Shown: positions 28,379-36,825 of the stretch, piece by piece
How the letters are laid out: each line of letters begins with the position of its first letter
Position numbering within the stretch: the first letter of the stretch is position 1
Assembly: GCA_965197585.1 (NCBI GenBank)
Contig: OZ240215.1
Location: 1,216,001 to 1,280,000 of the forward strand
Source: Dehalococcoidia bacterium
GTDB lineage: Bacteria; Chloroflexota; Dehalococcoidia; Plut-88900
Direction: 5' to 3'
Length of the DNA: 64,000 nt
The notes under the pieces: generated by a model
The model's input: only the letters and a program-made list of their open reading frames with translations
Told to the model about the DNA's origin: nothing
Database searches by the model: none
Program-made: the position numbers and the translations under genes

Positions 28379-31300
28379 ATGTACTTCGACCTGAGACTGT
28401 TCCAGCTAACGCAGGGCGTTCGGCTCCGTATCTTTCTTTCCACAGTGCTGGGGCTTATTGCCGTTGGGGCCGGGGTTGCGGGTCTCGCCATCTTCGGCAT
28501 AGTCATCGCCCGGGTCTTTCGCGGACAAGCCGAGTATTCTTCCCTTGCTTTTCCCATGATCGGCGTCGCTATCCTCATTGGCGTCCGGGGAGTATTCCAA
28601 TACCTGCAGAACAGCTACGCCCACCACACTTCCAACATCGTCAAGATCAAGATTCGTGAGAATCTTTACCAGCACTGCCTAGCCCTTGGCCCGGGTCACT
28701 TCGACCAGCGACGCACCGGTGGCGTGATCCTCACCCTCGGCGATGGCGTCGAGGGACTGGAGACCTTCTTCGGCCAATACCTCCCACAGATCATCATTGC
28801 CGCCGTCGCCCCGATTCTCATCTTCGTATTCATGGCCATCCTGGACCTGCCCATCGCTCTTATCTTCCTCGGCTTCGCCCTCTTCACCCTCGTCGCCCCG
28901 GCGGTCTTCCACAGCTGGAACCAGAAGAGCAGCATGCACCGCTACCGCTCCTACGGCTCCCTGGGCGCCGACTTCCTGGACGGTGTGCAGGGTCTTGCCA
29001 CCCTGAAGGCCTACGGCCAAAGTGGCCGACACGGCGATCGGCTGGCGGACAAGGCCCGTGCCCTTTATCGAAGCACTATGGGTGTCCTCGCCGCCAACAT
29101 AGCCACCGGCGGCGTTACCGTGCTGGGAATCTCTGCCGGTGCAGCCGTCGCCCTCGGCGTGGGAGCAGCCCGAGTCAGCGCCGGCGACATGGAGATTCGA
29201 ACTCTCCTGATCGTCATGATGTTCGGCGTCGAGGTCTTCAGGCCTCTCCGGGAACTGACCCAGCTCTATCACAAGGGCATGATCGCAAGTGCAGCCGCGC
29301 AGAGCATCTTCAACCTAATGGCAGAGCCCGTCGAGATCGAAGGCTCCCAGGCCGCACCCACTCCCGACACCCCTCAGACCGCTCCCCTCGCCGCCGAAAT
29401 CCGCTTCGAAAACGTTACCTTCGGCTACAATCAGGGCCGGGGCAACGCCCTTGAGGACGTATCATTCACCCTGGGCAAGAGTGAAAAGCTCGGTGTGGCG
29501 GGGCCAAGTGGCGCAGGAAAATCGACCCTCGTCTGGCTGGCATATCGCTTCTTCGATCCTCAGAAGGGCCGCATCCTCCTCGGCGGAGAGGACTTGAAAA
29601 CCCTTCCCCTCGAACGAATCCGAGAGCAGATCGCCGTCGTCACCCAGGACACCTACCTGTTTCATGGTACCGTCGCCGACAACCTCAGGTTCGGCAAGGG
29701 CGACGCTACTCAGAAAGAGCTGGAAGCCGCCGCCCGAGCCGCCAATGCCCACGAGTTCATCTCCGAGCTTCCCCAGGGCTACGACACCTATGTGGGTGAG
29801 AGGGCCATCCGCCTCTCAGGTGGGCAGCGGCAGCGTATCGCCATCGCTCGGGCCCTCTTGAAGGATGCCCCAATCCTTATCCTCGACGAGGCCCTGTCCA
29901 GCGTGGACGCCGAGAACGAGGCCGTCATCCAGGAAGCCCTGGACCGCCTCATGCAGGGTCGTACCACCCTGATAATCGCACACCGACTCTCCAGCATCGT
30001 CGGCGCCGACCGTATCCTGGTATTGGAAGACAGCCATCTAGTCGAAGTAGGTTCCCACGACGAGCTTATCGCCGCCGACGGTATCTACGCCCGGCTCATG
30101 GCCGACCAGCAGACCGCCGGGTTTGCCTCCCGCCCGGCAAATATCCCCACCGTAGACCAGCTCACCAGCGCCGTCGTTGGCCTAGCCTCCCCACCCCACG
30201 AGGAAGAACCCATCCCTGCGCCGGCCGCTCTTGAGGATTCCTACCCGATGGGCGCGTTCACAATCCTCCGGAGGTTGATGACCCTCATCGTCCCCTGGTG
30301 GAAACAGCAGACCGTCACTTTCCTCTTGGGCATAGCCCATCACGGCTCCATAATCGGCCTTGGCGTGATCAGCGCGTTGCTGGTCGGCGAGGTGTTCCGG
30401 GGCGGGGACCTGACCCTATACCTCATCCTCCTCGCGGTCTTTGCCCCGCTTACCGCATTCTTCACATGGGCCGAGGGCTGGCTCGCCCACGACCTCGCCT
30501 ACAGGCTCCTCGCCGAGATGCGTATCGACATGTACCGCAAGATGGACGCCATCGCCCCCGCCTATCTGGTTAAACGCAGGTCTGGGGACATCGTAGGTGT
30601 CGTCGGCGGAGACATCGAGAAGATCGAGTATTTCTTCGCCCACACCATCAGCCCGGCCTTCGTGGCCTTTGTCGTGCCCCTTGCCGTCCTCATCACCCTT
30701 GCCCTCATCTCCTGGCCTCTGGCAATTGTTCTCTTGCCTTTCCTCCTAGCCGTCGCAATCCGACCCTTCTACGACCAGACTACCAACGAACGTCTCGGCG
30801 ACGAGGTGCTGAGCAAGCTCGGCGGCATCCATGCCCAGATGGTCGATAACATCCAGGGAATGCGGGAGATATCAGCCTTCGGCCAGGGCCCCGCTAGGAC
30901 CGGCGACATCCGAGAACGGGGTTGGGACTTCGCAGGGAGCCAGCTCAAGTTCAAGAAGGCCCAGGAGTCCCAGACCTCCTTCATAGAATCGATCACAGGT
31001 CTCGGGGGTCTGGCAGTGCTGGCAATGGGCGCATGGCTCGTTCTGGAAGGCAGAATGGACCGACCTGACCTGCCTCTAGCCGCCCTCCTTGCCCTATCAA
31101 CCTTCTCTCCCGTGTCGGACCTCGCCCGCACCGGCAAGGACCTCATGGAGACCCTCGCCGCAGGCCGCCGGGTCTTCGCCGTCCACGATGAACCTATGTC
31201 CGTCCAGGACGGCCCCGGGGTAGCCGCACCCGGAGAGGTAGCAGTGCCCACAGCGCCCTTGGTCCGCTTCGACGGTACTTCCTTCTCTTACGGTCCGGGC

Positions 31301-32023
31301 CTTTCCCAGGCCATCTCCGATCTCAGCTTCACCATTGAGCCCGGTCAAACCGTTGCCCTTGTCGGAAGGTCGGGGGCGGGTAAAAGCACCTGCGCCTATC
31401 TCCTAATGCGCTTTTGGGATCCTCAGTCCGGCGAGGTCTCCCTGGGCAATCACAACCTTAAGGAATTCCGGCTCGACCCCCTGCGAGACAGCATCGCCTT
31501 CGTCACCCAGGACACCTATCTCTTCAACGCCAGCATCGGGGACAACATCGCCTTGGGCAAATTCGGGGCTTCCCAGGAAGAGATTGAGGAAGCCGCCCAG
31601 CAGGCCAATGCTCACGGCTTCATATCCTCCTTCCCCGAAGGCTATGACACCATGGTCGGCGAGCGGGGAATGCAGCTTTCCGGCGGTCAGCGCCAGCGCA
31701 TTTCCATCGCCCGGGCCCTCTTAAAGAACGCCCCAGTCCTCATCCTCGACGAGGCTACCTCTCACCTCGACGCTGTCAGCGAGCATCAGGTGCGTCAAGC
31801 CCTCAACCTCCTCATGTCCGGCAGAAGCACAGTAATCATCGCCCACCGGCTCTCCACAGTCCGAGACGCCGACAAGCTGATAGTCCTGGACCGTGGCCGC
31901 AAGGTTGAAGAGGGCAGCCACGACGAATTAATGGAGCGAAACGGCCTCTACGCCCAACTGGTCGCCGCCCAGATGGTTAGCTCCGCACCCCGCCCCACCC
32001 AACCCACCCCCGAACCCTCCTAA
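28379..32023 (+). CDS. Full-length fused ABC exporter (TMD-NBD-TMD-NBD; CydDC/YbtPQ-like halves)
   Basis: Two Walker A motifs (GPSGAGKS, GRSGAGKS), two LSGGQRQR signatures, two LILDEA motifs and two AHRLS motifs; start set at MYFDLRLF. Confidence 0.9.
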   Translation: MYFDLRLFQLTQGVRLRIFLSTVLGLIAVGAGVAGLAIFGIVIARVFRGQAEYSSLAFPMIGVAILIGVRGVFQYLQNSYAHHTSNIVKIKIRENLYQHCLALGPGHFDQRRTGGVILTLGDGVEGLETFFGQYLPQIIIAAVAPILIFVFMAILDLPIALIFLGFALFTLVAPAVFHSWNQKSSMHRYRSYGSLGADFLDGVQGLATLKAYGQSGRHGDRLADKARALYRSTMGVLAANIATGGVTVLGISAGAAVALGVGAARVSAGDMEIRTLLIVMMFGVEVFRPLRELTQLYHKGMIASAAAQSIFNLMAEPVEIEGSQAAPTPDTPQTAPLAAEIRFENVTFGYNQGRGNALEDVSFTLGKSEKLGVAGPSGAGKSTLVWLAYRFFDPQKGRILLGGEDLKTLPLERIREQIAVVTQDTYLFHGTVADNLRFGKGDATQKELEAAARAANAHEFISELPQGYDTYVGERAIRLSGGQRQRIAIARALLKDAPILILDEALSSVDAENEAVIQEALDRLMQGRTTLIIAHRLSSIVGADRILVLEDSHLVEVGSHDELIAADGIYARLMADQQTAGFASRPANIPTVDQLTSAVVGLASPPHEEEPIPAPAALEDSYPMGAFTILRRLMTLIVPWWKQQTVTFLLGIAHHGSIIGLGVISALLVGEVFRGGDLTLYLILLAVFAPLTAFFTWAEGWLAHDLAYRLLAEMRIDMYRKMDAIAPAYLVKRRSGDIVGVVGGDIEKIEYFFAHTISPAFVAFVVPLAVLITLALISWPLAIVLLPFLLAVAIRPFYDQTTNERLGDEVLSKLGGIHAQMVDNIQGMREISAFGQGPARTGDIRERGWDFAGSQLKFKKAQESQTSFIESITGLGGLAVLAMGAWLVLEGRMDRPDLPLAALLALSTFSPVSDLARTGKDLMETLAAGRRVFAVHDEPMSVQDGPGVAAPGEVAVPTAPLVRFDGTSFSYGPGLSQAISDLSFTIEPGQTVALVGRSGAGKSTCAYLLMRFWDPQSGEVSLGNHNLKEFRLDPLRDSIAFVTQDTYLFNASIGDNIALGKFGASQEEIEEAAQQANAHGFISSFPEGYDTMVGERGMQLSGGQRQRISIARALLKNAPVLILDEATSHLDAVSEHQVRQALNLLMSGRSTVIIAHRLSTVRDADKLIVLDRGRKVEEGSHDELMERNGLYAQLVAAQMVSSAPRPTQPTPEPS

Positions 32024-32219
32024 CCCACCGCGCCTCCCTCTCCAACCTCGTCATTCCGGCCGCCGAGGCGTGAATCCATCCTTGGGGAGGGGCCGCTCAT
32101 CCTGAGCTTGCTGTAAGTCCGCTGAGGCGGATCGAAGGGTCGAGCGGGGGTGGTCCACACATTGCCGATCCGTCGCGTCCGCCCCTCCCCCACTCCAACC
32201 CCCTTAACCCTGTCATTCC

Positions 32220-33275
32220 TGTAAGTGTTAGGTAATTCGTTGACAGATTGGTATAAGAGGCCAACACCAATCTGGAGGCGAGAATGCGAGACAATAGCAA
32301 GGACCTCACCCTTGAGCGGAACTACATTCAGAAGTGGCGGTTCCTCATCCATGAGTATCAACTGGTCAAGGCAGGGAAGCATCCCCGTTTCCGCTTCGCC
32401 CAGGACTTCTACTCCTTCCACGGCACTAGCCGTCAGACCTTCGCCAAGTACTACAACCGGTTCCTCCTCTCCCCCTCCGACAACGCCTTCCTCCCCCGTA
32501 AGCGGGGCCCCGGGTGGAAGTCCCGCCGCACCCTGCCCTACATCGAGCAGAAGGTCATCAACGAGCGCCTTAACGGTACCAACCGTTACGAGATCTATGC
32601 CATACTCAAACCCATCCTTAAACACAACACCCCTAAGCCCTCCACCATCTACGCCATCACCAGACGCCACGGTTTCAATAGGCTCACAAAGCCGATGCAG
32701 CAGTCGAAGCGCAAGATCATCAAGACCCGGGCAGGAGAGCTGGGCCACCTGGACAGCCACTACCTCAGCCGGGATACCATCGTGGGCACCAAGCACCGCT
32801 ACTACCTGGTGGGCCTCATCGACGCCTACACCCGTCTGGCCTGGGCCGAAGTGGTCGGAGACATCAAGAGTCTCTCCGTTATGTTTGCTACTCTGAAGTC
32901 CATCAATTTCCTTAACGTGGAGTACGGCATCCAATTCGAGGCCATCCTCACCGACAACGGCCCCGAGATGGCCTCCCCAAGGAACACCGAGGGCCACCCC
33001 ATGGAACGGATGCTCAATGAGCTGGGCATAAAGCACCGCTACACCCGACCCTATAGGCCCCAGACCAACGGGAAGATAGAGCGGTTCTGGAGAACCTTGA
33101 ACGAGGACCTGCTGGAGGGGACAACCTTCGAATCGGTCTCGGAACTGAAGGACGAGCTTCAGCAGTACCTGATCTACTACAATACTCAACGACCCCACCA
33201 GGCAATGGACGGAAAGACCCCTTTGGAGACCCTTAAATCCACCTAATTCTGTCAACGAATTACCTGACATCCACA
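32220..33275 (+). mobile_element. IS481-family insertion sequence, copy 2 (1056 bp)
   Basis: Same TIRs as copy 1; ATTCC duplication at 32215-32219 and 33276-33280 inside a family A repeat. Confidence 0.92.
32284..33246 (+). CDS. IS481-family transposase, protein identical to copy 1
   Basis: 320 aa; same DDE motifs. Confidence 0.93.
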   Translation: MRDNSKDLTLERNYIQKWRFLIHEYQLVKAGKHPRFRFAQDFYSFHGTSRQTFAKYYNRFLLSPSDNAFLPRKRGPGWKSRRTLPYIEQKVINERLNGTNRYEIYAILKPILKHNTPKPSTIYAITRRHGFNRLTKPMQQSKRKIIKTRAGELGHLDSHYLSRDTIVGTKHRYYLVGLIDAYTRLAWAEVVGDIKSLSVMFATLKSINFLNVEYGIQFEAILTDNGPEMASPRNTEGHPMERMLNELGIKHRYTRPYRPQTNGKIERFWRTLNEDLLEGTTFESVSELKDELQQYLIYYNTQRPHQAMDGKTPLETLKST

Positions 33276-33353
33276 ATTCCGATGCCCCGCGAGGAATCTA
33301 GGACTTGTCCTCTCACGCCCTTCCTAGTCTTCCTTCCCCTCCCCCCTGGTAAC

Positions 33354-33394
33354 GACATATCAGCAATGTTGCAAGGCAACATTGCTGATATGTC
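33354..33394. repeat. Perfect palindrome with 19-bp arms and a 3-nt loop
   Basis: GACATATCAGCAATGTTGC-AAG-GCAACATTGCTGATATGTC. Confidence 0.9.
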
Positions 33395-33694
33395 AATAAA
33401 ACAGGGCGGGTGGGCGGGACTCAATATATCCCTGAGGGTGGGAGGGGCCTCTCCCAAATGTGACACGAACCCATTGACCAAAGCAAAACACTTGTACTAT
33501 ATTCACCCTCGACTGGCCCGTCACTCACCTAAACCCAAGGAGGAACCACAACACAGGGGGAATCCCAGCCCCGGCCCCCGAGGACTCAACGTCCCAGCCC
33601 ATCCCAAAGGGCGACCCACACGCTGCCCCACGGCTCAAGCGAAAGCCGCCATCTCCTCATCCAAAGGCCCCGGCTCACCCTTCCCCCACCAACC

Positions 33695-34098
33695 AGGCGA
33701 TGGAAGGTCCGTAGACTATACGCGGCAAGCCCTGTCCAGGGGCCCCTGCCGATACAACGCTCCCCTCATCAGGAGCGTATACCTCGCCCTCACAGGCGAA
33801 TACGCTGACCCCGCCAATGGCCGGGCTCAGATACAGGGCCATTGAGCCCATAACCGACTCCCCCGCCGACGCCTTCGGAGAGGCACGCGCACCCCTCGGC
33901 GGCTCCGAGTCCCGCTCCCATCCCTCTGCATGATCGAGCACTTCTGGTGGTCGGGATGCCCCACACCGAGAATCCCTCGGGTCCCCTCCACATCCTCTCA
34001 GAAGCTACGGGCTGTCCTGTGCGGGCAGTCGACGCCCACAGGCACTGGCACAGGCCTAACCGCCTCCCTGCCCAACACTCTCGGACCTTCCATCGCCT
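33695..34098. other. ~400-nt element bounded by a perfect 17-bp inverted repeat (structured RNA or non-autonomous element)
   Basis: AGGCGATGGAAGGTCCG (33695-33711) and CGGACCTTCCATCGCCT (34082-34098), with internal hairpins. Confidence 0.45.
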
Positions 34099-34192
34099 TC
34101 CCTCCCCACATCAAACAAAAATCCAGAGTCCCAACTCCCAATCGAAGATCCGCCGCAGGAGGACTGAATAACCGACGGCCTTCCGCTCCCCT

Positions 34193-34236
34193 GTCATTCC
34201 GAGGCTCCGCGAGGAATCAAGGACTTGCCCACCCAC
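34193..34236 (+). repeat. REP-like palindrome family A, empty IS481 target
   Basis: GTCATTCCGAGGCTCCGCGAGGAATCAAGGACTTGCCC. Confidence 0.85.
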
Positions 34237-34261
34237 ATCCTTCATAGCCTTCCCCCACCCC

Positions 34262-35329
34262 CTATCCCGGGAAATGCGGCATCACCTCCCTCGCGAACAA
34301 CCGCATCGAGCTCCGAGTCTTCCGTGCGTCCATCCCCCCAATCTGCATCCACGCCAATATGTGCGTGGCCCCGCGCGCCTGGTCCTCTTCCACCGCACGG
34401 CACACGTCATCGGGCGTCCCGACCATGAACGGTTTGCCCAGGAAATGCACCTTCCCCGACTCTGCAAGGTCGGGTAGGTCCTCCGCACTCGGCAGCGGCA
34501 GCATCCCGAACATCTCCCCCGACATAGAATCAAATATGCCCGCCTCCGTATACTTGGGCAGATAGCCGCGCATCTGCGCCAGGGCATGAGGGGCGTAGTC
34601 CCTCCACGCCTGCTCCTTCGTCTCCCCGACATAGCAGTTCCGTATAACATTCCTGAAATACTGTCCCGGGTCCCTGCCGTACTTTCTCAACGCCCGCTCG
34701 TACGGCCCGAGCATATTCGCATCCCGGGGCCCGGTCAGGTGGCAGCCGTACCTCGCCGCCCGATCTATTGCCGGCGGTATCTCATCCCCCACCGGCCTCT
34801 TCTCCGCCGCAACCCATATAGGCGGGTGAGGCTTCTGCACGGGGCGGGGCAGCATCGTCACGCCATCGAAGTGAAAGTGGCGGCCCTTGAAAGTGAAGTT
34901 CTCTTCCGTGAACAACCCAATAATCGACTGCAAGCCCTCCTCCATCCTCCGTCCCCGCTCACTCCTCGGCACGTCCAGCGTATCGAATTCCGTCTTCTCG
35001 TACCCGACCCCCAGGCCCAGGTCGAACCGCCCATTGGACAGCACGTCCACCATCGCCGCGTTCTCCGCAATGATCAGCGGATGGTGCAAAGGCAAGATGC
35101 TGATGTTCGTCCCGATCCTTATCCGACTGGTCCTTGCGGCCATCGCTGCGCAGAGGATGAAGGGGTTGGGTGGGTACTGGGCGTCGAAGTGGTGCTCGGC
35201 GGTCCACACCTGGTCGAAACCCAGGTCCTCTGCCAGCTCGGTGAGCTCCAATACTTGCTGGTAGTTCTCAGTGTCGGGAGTGCGGAACTCGGCCGGGTTC
35301 TCTGCGAAAAAGAACAGTCCAAACTTCAT
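34262..35329 (-). CDS. LLM-class flavin-dependent oxidoreductase
   Basis: MKFGLF, WTAEHHF, DVLSNGRFDLGLGVG and PRPVQKPHPPIW motifs. Confidence 0.9.
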   Translation of the reverse strand: MKFGLFFFAENPAEFRTPDTENYQQVLELTELAEDLGFDQVWTAEHHFDAQYPPNPFILCAAMAARTSRIRIGTNISILPLHHPLIIAENAAMVDVLSNGRFDLGLGVGYEKTEFDTLDVPRSERGRRMEEGLQSIIGLFTEENFTFKGRHFHFDGVTMLPRPVQKPHPPIWVAAEKRPVGDEIPPAIDRAARYGCHLTGPRDANMLGPYERALRKYGRDPGQYFRNVIRNCYVGETKEQAWRDYAPHALAQMRGYLPKYTEAGIFDSMSGEMFGMLPLPSAEDLPDLAESGKVHFLGKPFMVGTPDDVCRAVEEDQARGATHILAWMQIGGMDARKTRSSMRLFAREVMPHFPG

Positions 35330-35398
35330 ACTAGGTCCTCCGTCCCGAGATCGATTCAGGCCTGCTTAAGCCTGCTCTCCGAAGAATAGCAGACAACC

Positions 35399-36637
35399 TC
35401 ATCTCACCCTCCGGATCCCGGACTGTGTCACCACCGTAAGGAGCACCACCCCCAAGAAAGCTATGCTGCTATATGTCACCGCCCTCTGCACTCCAATCCA
35501 CTCCGCTAAGCCACCCATGTACAGCATGCCCAACGGCAATGATCCAATCGCCATTGCCACCGCCCCCATCGACCGACCCCTCATCTCCGGCGACGAAACT
35601 GTCGTCGCTATGGTGGTCTGCATCGTCGTGAACCCCGACTGCCCTAGCCCGGCAAATAGCAAAGGCAGAAGAGCCAGCCAGTAGATCGGGGCAAAGCTGA
35701 ACAACAGTACCCCCACACCTAATATCAACGATCCTATTATGAAAATCTCTCCCCTGTATCTCATACTCCCCAACGCCGCAATGACCACCGCCCCAATCAT
35801 AGAGCCCATGCCATCCATCCCGCTCATGAATCCCAACCCCGTCCCCCCGACCCCGTAGACGTCCCGCGCGAAAACGGGATGCAGTTGTATGTGAGGAAAC
35901 ACCAGCGTGTTGGCCGCCAGGGTGATTATCAATAACCCCCTCATGGCCCCATTGCGCCACACATACTTCAACCCAAGGACAATGCCTTTCACCATGGGCT
36001 CTCGATTGGTGTCCTCTTGCCTCGGCGAGGGCACCGGGACCCTGATTACGAACAGCAGTCCCAGCAGCACCGATACCGCGATGAAGAAGTAGGCCTCCCC
36101 CGGTCCCGCTACGTCCAGCATCCACCCCGCCACCCACCTCCCCACCATCGCCGAACCCATCCACGAGGCCACATTTATCGCCATGGCATTCACCACGACT
36201 TTTTCGGGGACAACATCTCGGATTATCGAATGCCTGACCGGGTAATCGATAGCCCAGGCAATGCCGATCAAAAACGCACCCAGGTACATCTGCCACAGGT
36301 TCAGCAAGTCCAGGAACAGCGTGACTCCCATCCCCGCCGATAGCACGAAGTTCAGGAACTGCGCCCCCATCAGCATCCGCTTGCGTGGCCACCTGTCTGC
36401 TTGGGCCCCAGCTACGAAGCCCAGCGTCCCCATCGGCAGCAACCGAAACGCCCCGACCAGCGCCACCAGGAACGGCGAGTCCGTACGTTCCAGCACCACC
36501 CACCCAAGAATGATGTAGTCCATCCAGAACGGCAGATGCCAGAGCTGGCTGACAAACCACAGCTTCCTCCAATCCCGGTGCTCCAGCGATCTGAGAGCTC
36601 GGGAGCGGGTTAACCAGCCGGACCGGTTCTGCTGCAC
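35399..36637 (-). CDS. MFS transporter (MFS_3/DHA3-like)
   Basis: GAQADRWPRKR motif A, PEMRGR, about 12 TM segments. Confidence 0.88.
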   Translation of the reverse strand: MQQNRSGWLTRSRALRSLEHRDWRKLWFVSQLWHLPFWMDYIILGWVVLERTDSPFLVALVGAFRLLPMGTLGFVAGAQADRWPRKRMLMGAQFLNFVLSAGMGVTLFLDLLNLWQMYLGAFLIGIAWAIDYPVRHSIIRDVVPEKVVVNAMAINVASWMGSAMVGRWVAGWMLDVAGPGEAYFFIAVSVLLGLLFVIRVPVPSPRQEDTNREPMVKGIVLGLKYVWRNGAMRGLLIITLAANTLVFPHIQLHPVFARDVYGVGGTGLGFMSGMDGMGSMIGAVVIAALGSMRYRGEIFIIGSLILGVGVLLFSFAPIYWLALLPLLFAGLGQSGFTTMQTTIATTVSSPEMRGRSMGAVAMAIGSLPLGMLYMGGLAEWIGVQRAVTYSSIAFLGVVLLTVVTQSGIRRVR

Positions 36638-36762
36638 GCTGCTTCTGCCTCGGCGCGAGAGTATCTGTGGCTAAGATTGCGCATGAGACGGGTAGGTCTC
36701 ATAAGAAAGGGCGGTTGCCGTATTCTATAGGAAGCCCCTGCCCTATCCAAATCACGCAGGGT

Positions 36763-36791
36763 TTGACCCTTCACCCGACTACACCTATCAT
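36763..36791 (+). promoter_or_regulatory. Sigma70-type promoter TTGACC-17-TATCAT
   Basis: Consensus-like hexamers with 17-nt spacing. Confidence 0.55.
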
Positions 36792-36825
36792 CTGAGAGCC
36801 CCGCCCCTTGCCCTCCTACCCGCTT

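Noticed and set aside
6982-33275. Composite transposon bounded by the two IS481 copies
   Set aside because: Each copy has its own duplication and its own complete A-repeat target, indicating independent insertions.
33695-34098. tmRNA, RNase P RNA, group I intron or hammerhead ribozyme
   Set aside because: No tRNA-like ends or T-loop, no GAGGAAAGUCC/P4 pairing, no matching P7 partner for GACTA, and the minus-strand CTGATGA lacks a correctly placed GAAA.
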